A DNA stretch of 63,597 bases, the filler included, from Octopus bimaculoides (lineage: Eukaryota), in NCBI RefSeq assembly GCF_001194135.2. It is 3 parts of 3 records of this genome, joined end to end, with 100 filler letters (N's around TTAATTAATTAA, not from the genome) between each part and the next. Parts side by side here need not be neighbours in the genome. Positions count along the whole stretch, not along the records: positions 29,554 to 49,399 come from NC_068982.1; positions 49,500 to 63,597 come from NC_069007.1; 1 more part is not named here. The stretch is one strand, 5' to 3'. Below the pieces are notes generated by a model, which searched no databases, had not been told where the DNA came from, and was given only the letters and a program-made list of their open reading frames with translations. The stretch's first letter is position 1, and each line of letters starts with the position of its first letter. Below, in pieces: positions 37,732 to 51,026 of the stretch. Made by a program: the position numbers and the translations under genes.

Positions 37732-38499
37732 TGTCACTCTCGTAACATAACATTCTAGAAACCAGAAACAATACAAGGTTAAAACGTTCTAACAATCTAT
37801 AAATGTTATTCCTCATCTACCATTATTCTCTTTCGTTTAGTCCACACATCTATAAAAGAAGCAAGAACAATTCAAATAGATGGCTTACTTCTTCAGACAG
37901 AAAATATTTTATCTTTGAACAGTTATTGACATTTTACAAATCATAATAAGTCATATAAGTGAGAGACCAACTTCTACTAAAACATTCTAAACTAACTGTA
38001 ATGGTCATTTGCTTTAGATAAGTATTCAATTAAGGCTAATCTACAAGTGTCGACTAATATACTATACATTCTCTTTATCGATTCCTGTCACAGTTACAAT
38101 AGAGTAGAGTCCCCTGATCTTACTGTAATTGTGCACAAACCTAACCCATGTACTTTTGTTTCCTTTTTACACTTCTATATAGTATCCCATCATGCCTTGT
38201 ACACATTACTTTTTCACCAAGATTTCTCTTTACAAATTCAACTCCCTGGAATTCTTTCTTTGTTAGCATTATCTACGCACACTGACATTCATGAACCTCA
38301 TTGTCATAAACAGTAAAGTGAATCCTGCGGGGATCGTAGACATTGCACCACTTATGAGTATCTCATAAAAACCATTAACTCTTTGTCCCCTACAAAACGA
38401 TGTCATGAAGATCTTGTTGGAACCCATCAACCAACTCCTCATTCAATATTCAGAAACATAAGAAAGAAAAGATCTAGATTTAGGTATATGAAAAAAATA

Positions 38500-39150
38500 A
38501 ATGATCTCCTAGATACTTGTATTCCAATCACCGTTTGCTATCTCCTCGAAGATAATGACTTGCTCCCTGAAACCCAGCATGGCTTCTCCTCAGGAAGAAG
38601 CTGCCTTACACAGCTTTTGCAGTATTATGAATGGGTGCTGAATCAAGTAATGAATCCAACGTGGATGTGTTATATCTTTTACAAAGGGCTTTGATAACGT
38701 TTATCATGAATGATAGGTCACAAGCTACGAAAACTCGGCGCAGTCGGTCAACTGGGAGTGTGGTTACATGATTTCTTAAAAGAGAGAAACCTGGCTATAG
38801 AAGCCAATGGAGACCTCTCTCCAAGAACACAGTGATAGTCGGTGGAAGCCTCAGGAAACTGCTTTGATAGCTCTTTCAGACGTGCCATCAGTTTCACAGA
38901 CATTGACACGTACTAGCTATGTAGATAACACAAAAGCAGTATAAGCTGTCAAGGAGCCTTCCGATGCAAATCCTCTACACAAAGACCTATGCCATACAAA
39001 AATGGGCAAAACAAAACAACATGCAATTTATTTCCAAGCCCTCCGCTATCAGCTAGCTAGTGCTCACAAGCGCAACAACGACACTCTAGACGAAATGGAG
39101 TGATCTGCGGATTAATACGAGCAACAACGCCTCGTTTCGTATCACCAAAA
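38500..39150 (+). mobile_element. CR1-group LINE reverse-transcriptase fragment (decayed)
   Basis: QHGFSSGRSCLTQLLQYYEWV; later SYVDNTK (YADDTK equivalent). Confidence 0.85.
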
Positions 39151-39204
39151 TGGTGGTAAAGTGGAGGCGAACGGTGGCGCGAAACAAAATCTATTCTTTT
39201 ATTG

Positions 39205-39457
39205 TTTTAATTGTTTCAGTCATTTTGACTGCGGCCATGGTGGAGCACCGTCTGAAACGATTTCAATCAAAGAACTTGGCCCCAGGGATTATTCTTTGTA
39301 AGCCTAGTACTTATTCTATCGTTCTCTTTTATCGAACCGCTAAATTACAGGGACATATACTAACCAGCATCAGCTGTCTAACGATGTCGGGGGCACAAAC
39401 AGACACATACGCACATAAATATATACATATACATATACATACATACATATATATATA

Positions 39458-39503
<46 letters not shown>

Positions 39504-39910
39504 GGTGATGTAAATCAGCTGTTATTCATCAACTTTATCTCCATTTTCTGCTTTCCTTATATATATATATACATACATACATATACGACGGGTTGATATA
39601 TAGGAGGCTATTGTAGAGGACATTTCTTATTTCTTTATTGCCCAAAAGGGGCTAAATATAGAGGGGACAAACAAGGACAGACAAAGGGATTAAGTCGATT
39701 ACATCGACCCCAGTGCGTAACTAGTACTCAATTTATCGACCCCGAAAGGATGAAAGGCAAAGTCGACCTCGGCGGAATTTGAACTCAGAACGTAGCGGCA
39801 GACGAAATACCGCTAAGCATTTCGCCCGGCGTGCTAATGTTTCTGCCAGCTCGCCACCTTATAGTAGAGGACATTTGTCCAAAGTGCCACGCAGTGGAAC
39901 TGAACCCAGA
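39205..39910 (-). mobile_element. SINE family C interrupted by a SINE family A copy (39626-39863, minus)
   Basis: TSD GTAGAGGACATTT at 39613-39625 and 39864-39876. Confidence 0.85.
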
Positions 39911-41619
39911 ACCACGTAGTTGGGAAGCAAGCTGCCTGCCATCCAGTCTCGCCTGTGTCCATAGATATTTAAGTTATCTTGACACTTTTTCTATAGAATT
40001 TAGAGCCATCGCTAAAGACTGCGGCGTTTCGTATACGAATACATCCCTATAAACAATGCGACAGACAAATGGGTAATGTGTATATGAGTAATAACTCGTG
40101 AAATATATATGTATATACCCGTTACCTATTTTCCTTCTATATTCGACCGCATTGTTTACATATGCGAAACGTCTTAAGCTTCCGTGCTGGCTCTGAATTG
40201 TATAGAAAATCTGTACAGATAAACTTTAAAGTTAAAACAAAGCACCGCTCACACGAAATTAGAATTTAGTATTGATTTATAAGCCTTCAATATACTCAGC
40301 AGCATATTATGGCTGCAAAACGAAATACTGTTCCCCTACCAGCAATTAATGTGTCTTTTTGCGCGCCCGCATGTGTGAGTGTGTGTGCGTGTATATATAT
40401 ATATATATATATATACATACATACATATATNNNNNNNNNNNNNNNNNNNNNNNNNNNNNNNNNNNNNNNNNNNNNNNNNNNNNNNNNNNNNNNNNNNNNN
40501 NNNNNNNNNNNNNNNNNNNNNNNNNNNNNNNNNNNNNNNNNNNNNNNNNNNNNNNNNNNNNNNNNNNNNNNNNNNNNNNNNNNNNNNNNNNNNNNNNNNN
40601 NNNNNNNNNNNNNNNNNNNNNNNNNNNNNNNNNNNNNNNNNNNNNNNNNNNNNNNNNNNNNNNNNNNNNNNNNNNNNNNNNNNNNNNNNNNNNNNNNNNN
40701 NNNNNNNNNNNNNNNNNNNNNNNNNNNNNNNNNNNNNNNNNNNNNNNNNNNNNNNNNNNNNNNNNNNNNNNNNNNNNNNNNNNNNNNNNNNNNNNNNNNN
40801 NNNNNNNNNNNNNNNNNNNNNNNNNNNNNNNNNNNNNNNNNNNNNNNNNNNNNNNNNNNNNNNNNNNNNNNNNNNNNNNNNNNNNNNNNNNNNNNNNNNN
40901 NNNNNNNNNNNNNNNNNNNNNNNNNNNNNNNNNNNNNNNNNNNNNNNNNNNNNNNNNNNNNNNNNNNNNNNNNNNNNNNNNNNNNNNCACACACACACAC
41001 ACACGTAGACACACTGAGAGACATACAGAGACAGAAATAAAGAAGGTGACGATGTGAAAGGGACAGAAAGATTATTGTTATATATATACGAAGTCATCTG
41101 AAGTGTTGTTTAACCTTTAACTTTTATAAAAGCGAAATAAATAACATCACAATATCGTAAACAGAATCGAATTCTCATTAATTTATTCATTAATTAGTGT
41201 TTTATTTCACTAACAATGGAAAATTGTCTTGAGAGGTAGTTTAATGACTGTCTGCAATGAAGTAGAAAAATACATCCGTTTATATCACTTCCAATTTTGT
41301 TATTTTATACAACGAGTCGGAGTATGTGTAGTTTCTATACGTTTCGTGGTTAGTGATGTAGTGTAGGAAATACAGCCGTGAATATCAACGTCTGCTACTT
41401 AAATGCCAAGTGCTAACTTCTATTCAGTTCTGTAGTCTAAGGACCGCGTGAACAGTATCATGAACATGAGACTTCATTCTTCTCTTAGGAAGAGCATTAG
41501 ACAACATCTAAATGTGAATCGGGATAAGCAACAGAGAACTTTAGATCTGATGAAAAGCTTAAATCCAGCACACTAAACATAGTGCTTTCATTCGCATATA
41601 TGATGATGGCTTTCCACTG

Positions 41620-41800
41620 GCAACAGTCATTGGACTGCAGGCATTCTACGACACCACCTTGAAGGTTGTAGTCGAACGAATGAAACCTGGTACTTATTTT
41701 TAAGCCTGGTAGTTAATCTATCGGTCTCTTTTTGCCTAATCGCTAATCCCTGATTTATGGCGACGTAAACAAGCACCAGGTATCAAGTGTTGGTGGGGTA
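41620..41800 (-). mobile_element. SINE family C 3' part
   Basis: gactgcaggcattctacgacaccacc...gcctggtagttaatctatcggtctcttt. Confidence 0.65.
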
Positions 41801-42134
41801 CAAACACAAACACACACAAATATATATGTATGTATGTATGGACGGATGGATGGGTGGATGGATGGATGGATGGATATGCATATGATGAGCTTCTTTCAGT
41901 CTGCCAAATACACACACGAAGCTTGTCGCCACATTTCATTCCATAACGGCTACCTCTGAAGAATGCAGGTTTACATAATCGGACTATTACCTAACACTCC
42001 GTTGCCCCTCCCTCCAGTGCGAAACCTATTCGCAAGATCAGCCATAATGGATATATAATACTGTATCCCACTTTTAATATATACTGCTCTACATCTTAGA
42101 ATGTGACTCTGCTCTGGTTTATGTTTTCTACAAG

Positions 42135-42137
<3 letters not shown>

Positions 42138-42231
<94 letters not shown>

Positions 42232-42302
42232 CAAAGAGAGAGAGAAAGAGAGAGAGAGAAAGAGAGAGAGAGAAAGAGAGAGAGAGAAAGAGAAAGAGAG
42301 AA

Positions 42303-42342
<40 letters not shown>
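42138..42342. repeat. (TA)n then (GA)n microsatellite
   Basis: Direct inspection. Confidence 0.97.
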
Positions 42343-42343
<1 letters not shown>

Positions 42344-42884
42344 TGTATATGTATAGAGGTGCACATAACCATGCTTATTATTTAAATGTGAATGGGTTGT
42401 ACGTGAGTGTGTTTTTCGTTGATAGCTTCAACAAATTCATCTTGACACATCTGAGAGTTACTAATATTTTATATGTTGTATCACAATTACCAGCAATTGC
42501 TTTAAGTTTAATGTTATGTGAAAGATGTCGGGCCCCGCTCTATAAATGATGCAGTAACCACCTTCTCGGTTTCCTTCAAATTTGTTTACAATACGATATG
42601 TCGTAGTAAAGATGGTATTCCCCTACCCACGTGACAAAGTGGTATGACGGAGCAATTACAAAGTCAGACAGTCAGTCGTCGTAGGAGGCCAGTAGTAATA
42701 GAGTCGTTGTACGAGTTCTCAGATGGAGTCAATGTCAGTTACATGATATATACGAGTTCGAGTTACCGTCAAGGTAGACGCTTAAAAATCATTTCCTTGC
42801 GGTGCTATCAGCTATAGCACGATAGACGTGTTTGAGATAATAAGACGCGGAATACCGCCATACCATAATATTCTTTTCTACTCT

Positions 42885-43085
42885 AGGAACAAGGCTCTAA
42901 ATTTTGAGGGAGGGTGACAGTCGAGTAGATCGATTCCATTACGCAACTGGTACTTAATTTATCGACCCCAAAAGGATGAAAGGCAAAGTCGACTTCGGCG
43001 GAATTTGAACTCAGAACGTGAAGACTGACGAAATACCGCTAAGTCATTTCGCCCGGCGTGCTAACAATTCTGCCAGCTCGCCGCC
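42885..43085 (-). mobile_element. SINE family A, well preserved
   Basis: gatgaaaggcaaagtcgacttcggcggaatttgaactcagaacg...ctgccagctcgccgcc. Confidence 0.92.
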
Positions 43086-44954
43086 CTGCTACAACATAAT
43101 ATATTCGGGGGCAACAATACTACAGTACCGACAATAACATACAAGTGGACGAGGATCCACACATTATAACATTATCTCGGAAACTAAGCATTGTTTAAGA
43201 GTGAATGTTTGCTTCGAGGGGAAAGTATTTCGGTTCTTTTGAACCGAAGTTGTCTCACTTGGATTATCAACAAGACTGTTCATTCCAAAAACTATTTTCA
43301 TTTCCAAATTGAGAAAAGTGTGTCATGAAAATACAACGTTTATGTTTGGTGCGTGTGTTGCCGTGTGTTTTTAGGTTACTTACTTTGATCGGTGTGTATT
43401 TATCGTCGATATTGAAAGATGATATTGAGAGTCATCGAAAGATCAAAGACATGTGAGAGGAGCAAAGAAATGAAGCTTCTGTATGTTCTACAGCTAACTT
43501 TGATTGGCCATAGCAGCTATTTAAAGTGTAGACAAAAGACTTTCACGTTGTCTCCAATCAAGAGAATTTGATCTAATTGGAAAATAACTCGTTAACCTAG
43601 ATGACCACGCCAAAATTCGCCACATTTGCGTCTATTTGCGCATTGATGACTGTACAGACTTCCGCTTCTTGAAATAACTAAAAACGTTTTTGCATATCAT
43701 CTCTCCGTAAAAAATAATTACAATAAACTTAGAGCCACTGATAACGCACTGATAGACACTTTGATGTTTTCAATACAACTTGTTCGTTTCAATGTCGTAT
43801 CATACTCGCACCAAATCATCTCAAATTAAGCCACTGATCTTTGTCACTTCTTTCTCTTTGCAGCTGATCCACGTCTTGGATTTCTTCCTGATAATTTTGC
43901 AGATGAAATATAAGCTTCTGCTATGATGGTCTTCTTTTTGCCAACGGAAAATACCACTGCATTATTAGGAAAAGAGACGATATTCTTCCTATGTGAGAGA
44001 ATGATTAAAAGCAACGCAACATGCCATTAATCGGTTTTAAGACAAGGATTAAGAAGGTACTTTTTCATACTTAGAAGATAATTCAGAGCATTCAACGGAA
44101 GCAAAAATTTGGCTTCCTAGATTGAGGGGGCAGCATCATTAAATTACATCCGTAACTATAACGAAGCTGCCGGTGCTCACGCCCAAGCAGCCAAGGAATT
44201 GTTCTACGTTCATCAGTGTACCATCTGGAACGGAAACTACGTTCTCTATTTTGTGTTGAATGAAAATGAAATTAGTTTACTGCCGAACATATTGCTGTTG
44301 AGAATATAAGAATCACTTTTGTCTTCAAGGTTGAAAAAGACAGCTTAACACTACTGCTTAGCAGAAATATTTCATGAAAATTCAGGTTGGTCAATGCTCG
44401 TTTACTAATTAAAATACGCACGTTCAAGGACAAGATTATCAACAATGCATCTACCTATCATTTGGAAATCAAGCAAAAAGGCATGGATTTAATGTCTAAT
44501 ACCAAGATCAACCAACGCTGTTACTCTTTCAAGAAACTTGTAGAAATAACATAGAGCGAAGGCCATAGATATCCAATCAGACTAGTTTCAAATAACCGAG
44601 ATTTATTTGTGCAGATATCAGAAGAAATGACAGTACTGGTTTGGCAAACGAAAGGAGAATACAACTTTGAATACGGACGATCTTGAAGTTGACAGAGTAC
44701 CACGGTTGATGCTTATCTATTAAAGAGATAATGGATTTAGGACAGCAACATTGGCATCCTGAAAACCCTAAATCCTACAACTGAATTTTTCAGTAGCTAT
44801 ATGTGGGGTTCTTCAGTCGTTTGGCAATGATATCAACAACATTTGTGGTAACAATGATATTGAAATTACACACTTACGCTCATAACTCTATTCATACGAC
44901 GTTCCTTTTGCCATGCAGTTTTAGTATGCATCTAGTGATCTAAGCGAAGTATTA

Positions 44955-45213
44955 CTACATACATACATACATACATACATACATACATACATAGATACGT
45001 ACATATATATACATACATACATACATGCATGCATGCATGCATTCTAACATGCATACATACATACATACATGCATACATACATACATACATACATATATAC
45101 ATGCATGCATACATACATACATGCATACATACATACATACATACATACATACATACATACAAACATATATGTACATACTTGTACACATAATACACACACA
45201 CTTAAATATTCGC

Positions 45214-45272
<59 letters not shown>
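44955..45272. repeat. (TACA)n and (GATA)n tetranucleotide microsatellites
   Basis: Direct inspection. Confidence 0.97.
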
Positions 45273-45274
<2 letters not shown>

Positions 45275-46536
45275 CACAGACATATGGAGAACAGATTTTT
45301 CCTTCTTTTTTCTCTTTTAGATGGGTTTAACAATCATGACCACGTTCCAGTTTAAACATTTTATTATGCTTGCTTCGTATTTCTAATGAAGACCATCACA
45401 ATTTCTTTGCACAATTCCTAAATATAGAATATAGAATATTTTAGTTTCAGAATCAATTCTTGGTTTCTTTACGTCATCAAGCTCGTATCCTGACTGTTTG
45501 AGTTACACATCATCAGATACGTGTCTTCTTGTTTGCGCCGTGTGTGCTGTTTGTGTTTTTATTAAGTTTTGTAATTGTGGAATGATTCTGCTTTCCTAAT
45601 TAATCATCTCATAGTTTGGAGGAATTCTATAAATAAGGAAGCGTTGTTTATAAATATTTTCCTCTGTCTAGCTTTGTTTGATTATGTCTGCTGTGGTATA
45701 TTGCAATCTATCCTTGCTATGAATGCATGGTGATCCTACGATAGATTGTTCCACAAATATGATCAATATAACAGAATTTCTACCAGTATATTTGGCATGG
45801 TGTTACTATCGCTCATACAAACATCACTGACGTATTCAAAAATGGGTCACCTGTCTGATTGGCATTACGTCATTCTCTGACAAGCTTCAGACTCTATTTC
45901 ACTGGTTCACTAACTCCTCTTTGTGTTTTTCTATCGCTACTATAATAGCCACTGCTCGTCAGAGCTGGCTGGCTCGTGACACTACTACCCATCTTTTCAC
46001 CTCTCATCAGAATTGGTTTGTATAAATCCCTAGGTCTAACATACAGCGATACTCGCAATTCCACTCACGGACATCGGATCTCCAGAATGTTTTCCCTGCT
46101 CAGGTGTTACTTACAGGTGCTATCTACAAAAGTACAAATTAGATATTAATGCATAAATCTCGCCAGTTTAGAACATTCTATGAAGGTCATTGACAGTATT
46201 CCTTCCTACGGAAGCTAGACAGACAGACAGGTAGGTAGGTAGGCAGACAGACAGACAGAGAGATGTACGTACATGTATGTACAATTATGCATGTTGTGTA
46301 TATGCATACATCTGTGGTTAAGTATGTGTGTGTCTGTGTCTGTGTCTGTGTGTGTGCGTGTGTGCGCGTGGGTGTGTGTGTTGGTGTTTGGTTTGCGTTG
46401 AACACTGGAATGAGAAATTTAGAGATAGGAAATCAGAAAAACTACGTTTATATTTATAGATTCGAGAGAAGGAGAGAGAAAGAAACGAAACATTGAAAAG
46501 CGAATTGCGGTGTGAAGTGGGGGTTGAAAAGAAGGA

Positions 46537-46588
<52 letters not shown>

Positions 46589-46935
46589 AGTGAAGGAAGG
46601 AAGGAAGGAAGGAAGGAAGGAAAGAAAGAAAGAAATGAACAAGTTAAGAGGAATAGTGGGTGGAGAGATAAAGAATTTTTAATCATCCATCCCTCACCCC
46701 CACCCCCCAACCCTCTCCGGAAGATTATGATCAACCGTCAAAGATTAGATTTTGAAGCGTGCCATCTACAATTGGTGAGGCAAAATATGATCTATAGAAC
46801 CAGCAGCAAGAATGGAAACTAAGATGAAGACACAAGCACAATAATACATACAGTGAACTCTAAAGGCACTCAGTTAATCTGAAGTCACTATTCTCTGTGC
46901 TAATCCGATTGCTAGACAAATTCTTTCTAACTTAC

Positions 46936-46951
46936 TTGAGGCACGACCAAA
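46936..46951 (-). CDS. Candidate micro-exon (16 nt): (V)WSCL in phase 1-2
   Basis: Very strong acceptor gttcttgtttgtttgtttatcag| and donor CAA|gtaagt. Confidence 0.4.
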
Positions 46952-47103
46952 CTGATAAACAAACAAACAAGAACACCTTTACTGCCTTGGCCTTCCGTCT
47001 TTGTTGAACGACGTTATCGATGTATCGGAAGGAAATAGCAATACATCATGTTGATTTATTAAAATATGATACACACAGAATGTGTATAAAAAATTATGTA
47101 TAC

Positions 47104-47167
<64 letters not shown>

Positions 47168-47348
47168 TGTGCATATAAATATATATATATAATTATATAT
47201 ATTTACTTTCTCCTAGTTAATAATTAATTCGGACAAAATAAATTGGTTAATAGATACCAGGGTAGCAAAGATCACAAAATGACTGTCGTGTAACTCCTGT
47301 TTATGAGGTAGAAACTCCTTGTTATTTTGGGTACTTGAGTATATATAA

Positions 47349-47769
47349 ATTTAGTCAATGGAGTATAACGCATATGTTAAGAAAATTACAAATTATACCT
47401 TCCATAGGAATAGGTTATGTTGAAAAGAATGTAATCTTCTCTTCAAGGAAATGCATGGGAACCATCTTAAACGTAAGACATTTTAACCGAATATGAAAAC
47501 TGTAGTTGGAGAAGGTTGTAACGTAATTTATTTGAAAAAGCCGTTGGAGGCTGGGACGCTACTAGACAGTACGTTGGACAAGAAGGGAAGAAAAGAAGGA
47601 AAGAAAAAAAGAAAGAAAATTTAGAGTTCCCATGCATTTCCCTGAAGAGAAGATTACATTCTTTTCAACATCACCTATTCCTATGGAAGGTATAATTTGT
47701 AATCTTCGAAAGATATGTTGGAAATAAAAGTATTCAGTTGACATATGCGTTTTACTCCATTTACTAAAT
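47349..47769. mobile_element. Foldback MITE in a TA-rich site, possibly Tc1/mariner-type
   Basis: Arm 47349-47462 is the reverse complement of 47626-47769; ~80-bp near-perfect core, ~35-bp indel in the right arm. Confidence 0.85.
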
Positions 47770-48950
47770 ATATATATATATATATACATATATATATACA
47801 ATTTATATTATTATATGATTGAACGCCACTCATCCTCTTCCAAGTAAGTTTTACCTTAATAATTCTGAGGCGCACTCTTTACGGTCTTTTTACCCTTTCG
47901 TTTTTCTCACTTTCTCTCCCTTATTCATTTACCTCCTCTTCTCCCACTATTCTATCCTATTACTCTGTCACTCTCTCTCCCTCAGGCCTCTTCCCTTGCT
48001 CACGTGGCTCCCACGTAACCATCGGCCATCTTTCTTTCTTCTAACCTGTGTTTCTTTGTTTCTCTCCATTGTAGCTGGAACAAGGAAGACCTGTTCTTGT
48101 CTGTCTCCTGTCCAAGCTTGATTTACGCGTTCGCCACCACAACCTCGTTTAGGCTTAGCAGCCCTTCCTGTTTGTTTCCACTGCCCTGTTTGTGTTACCA
48201 ATTCTGTCCCTTCGCAAAATCCCATTATATTTAATTTGCTTTTCGGGAGCAACTGTTTTATCGAAAGTGTATATTATTGTTAAATGCTCGAAATACGAGA
48301 CTAGAAAAACAGCCAACAACTGATGAACGGTCGTTCTTTATGTCGTTTGTTTTGTTTTCCATTTGTGTCTTTTGTTGTTCGAAAGAATAGTTCATATTAC
48401 ATGTACTCTTGCTTCGTATTTTTCTGTTGTACACGTTTCGTGACGTCCGGGGCCCACATATGCGTATATATATACACGTATAGATGTATGTGCATATACG
48501 TATTTATATATGCATATATATTTTTTTAATATTATATATATATAATATAGGGTAAAATTAATCAATCAATTAATTAATTAATTAGTAATTAATAATTTTA
48601 TCAATTACTACGTTAAAAAAACCTTTCTAGATGAATTATACAAAATATTCTTTAATTATATACATAATTATAATCAGGGATCAGCTAAGTGCCTCGCCAG
48701 GTAATGAATTAGAAATAGACGCTAATGTCTTTTCAACTACCATAAAAATCTCCGAGAAAATAACACATTTTTTTATGTAGGTAAAAAGAAAAATGATGAA
48801 TCCACACGACTTTCCGTTAACCACAGACGCATTTCGAATTTAAAGTATAGATATATATGAATACATATACAAAATTCTAATTCAAGTAATAGCTAAATAG
48901 AAAGAGAGAGAGAAAGAAAGAGTTAATGGACAGACAGACAGACAGACAGA

Positions 48951-48951
48951 C

Positions 48952-49004
<53 letters not shown>

Positions 49005-49290
49005 CATTTCTTTTATTAGCCACACAGGGCTCAACGAAGATGGGACAAATATAATGTAGAGCTTTTCTTTTTGGGAGGGGGAAGGGAAAAAAAAGGGGGG
49101 GGGTCGATCAAAAGGGATCGAGAAAAAAAAAGAAAAAAAATGGGCAATCAATAGGGATCGTGTATCACACAGTAATGTTCTCGTGTTAAAGGAGGGGAGG
49201 ACAGTTTAGGTTTGGCCGTGGAAAGAAAAGCCTACGGAAAAGACCACGGTAACCTTGGTCAATATTCTCATTGAAGAAACTATAACAGTA
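48951..49290 (-). mobile_element. Non-LTR retroposon 3' end with AATAAA and (ATCT)n tail; clade not determined
   Basis: Minus ...tttgtcccatcttcgttgagccctgtgtggctaataaaagaaatgtatctatct. Confidence 0.5.
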
Positions 49291-49399
49291 AGTGACTCTC
49301 TTTTGCCTTTTTGTTTTCTTTTTTTTTTCTTGGATTTTTTTTTTTAGTTCATAGGGTTATGCTCAAGATAGCTCCGTCATTCACACGTGCCATCCTTGC

Positions 49400-49499
49400 N
49401 NNNNNNNNNNNNNNNNNNNNNNNNNNNNNNNNNNNNNNNNNNNTTAATTAATTAANNNNNNNNNNNNNNNNNNNNNNNNNNNNNNNNNNNNNNNNNNNN
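49400..49499. other. Artificial 100-bp scaffold spacer: N44-TTAATTAATTAA-N44
   Basis: Identical to 29454-29553. Confidence 0.97.
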
Positions 49500-49581
49500 T
49501 GTGTTCTTTGCTACATTGGTTTCTATTAACCCATTTATTCTATCAGAAGAATTTTTATTCATTAAGATAGAAGAAATACAC

Positions 49582-49632
<51 letters not shown>

Positions 49633-49643
49633 GAAACAATTAC

Positions 49644-49662
49644 CAGCTTTATAAAGTGAGAT
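49644..49662 (-). CDS. Candidate micro-exon (19 nt, phase 0-1): ISLYKA
   Basis: Acceptor catccttattatag|, donor CTG|gtaatt. Confidence 0.3.
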
Positions 49663-49709
49663 CTATAATAAGGATGTAATTTTCTCTATACTCTTTTCTC
49701 TTTTACTTG

Positions 49710-49830
49710 TTTCAGTCATTTAACTGTGGCCATGCTGGAGCACTGCCTTTAGTCGAGCAAATCGACCCCAGGACTTATTATTTGTAAGCCTGGTACTTAT
49801 TCTAGCGGTCTCTTTTGCCGAACCGCTAAG
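49710..49830 (-). mobile_element. SINE family C 3' part; a 5' part lies at about 50270-50405
   Basis: ggccatgctggagcactgcctttagtcgagcaaatcgaccccaggac. Confidence 0.85.
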
Positions 49831-50231
49831 CTATGGTGATATATATAAATGAAAAAAAGAAAAACAATGTACGTGAGGACATGTACAAGAAGTGTATTAG
49901 ATTGACGATCAGTGAAAGGTGGGAGTTTAATATTTTGAGCATAGCTCTTTGTCAGGAAGAAGAAAGGGAAAAATCCAAAGAAGGAGGAAAAGAAGAAGAA
50001 ATCACCAGCAGAACATGTGTGGTTACACTGCTGAAGTGCACAGAAAAATGAGTGCACATTAGTGCAGTGCAGGAACTGACTGATATCTGCGCAGGTCCCA
50101 AATTCGTCGCAGTGGGGCATGAGAAGTGTGAAGCAGATTCACCTACCGAGGAGTGAACGTTCAGCAGCAGAAAGGGGACGGTTGGGTGGTATAGGTGGTA
50201 TGGCGACCACTGTGCATGGGAGTGGGGTGGT

Positions 50232-50272
<41 letters not shown>

Positions 50273-50629
50273 TTTCTGTCTATCAGATTCACTCACAAGG
50301 CATTGGTTGGCCCGGAGTTATAGTAAAAAACACCCTTGCTCAAGGTGCTGCACAGTAGGACTGAACCTAAGACCATGTGGCTGCTAAGCAATCTTCTTAA
50401 CCACTCAGCCACATCTATGCCTTGTTTTCTTTTCAACTGAGCCATACAAGCATGGAAAAGCAGACGTTCAATGAAACAATGAACAAATGCTGGATGATGC
50501 CTTGCCCTCTTTTGCAATCGTCTTCTGTCTAACTCTAACAAATGCCATAGTCTTTAACCAGGGCAGTCTTTGCTGTCATCACCAACAGAACGTGGGTGGT
50601 GGTGATGGAAATGAAGACAATCATCAACA

Positions 50630-50974
50630 TCGTTGTCATCATCATCATCATCATCATCTTCAACTTCATCATCATCATCATCATCATCTTCAACGTCATC
50701 ATCATCATCATCTTCATCATCATCATCATCTTCATCATCATCATCAACTCATCATCATCATCAACTTTATCATCATCATCTTCATCATCATCATCATCAT
50801 CATCATCTTCAACATCTTCATCATCATCATCAACTTCATCATCATCATCATCATCATCATCATCTTCATCATCTTCAACATCTTCATCGTCATCATCATC
50901 AACTTCATCATCATCATCATCATCATCATCAACTCATCATCATCATCATCATCATCAACTTCATCATCATCAAC

Positions 50975-51011
<37 letters not shown>

Positions 51012-51026
51012 ACTCATCATCATCAT
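50630..51026. repeat. Long interrupted (ATC)n tract with CTT/CAA variants
   Basis: Direct inspection; runs into a gap. Confidence 0.97.
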
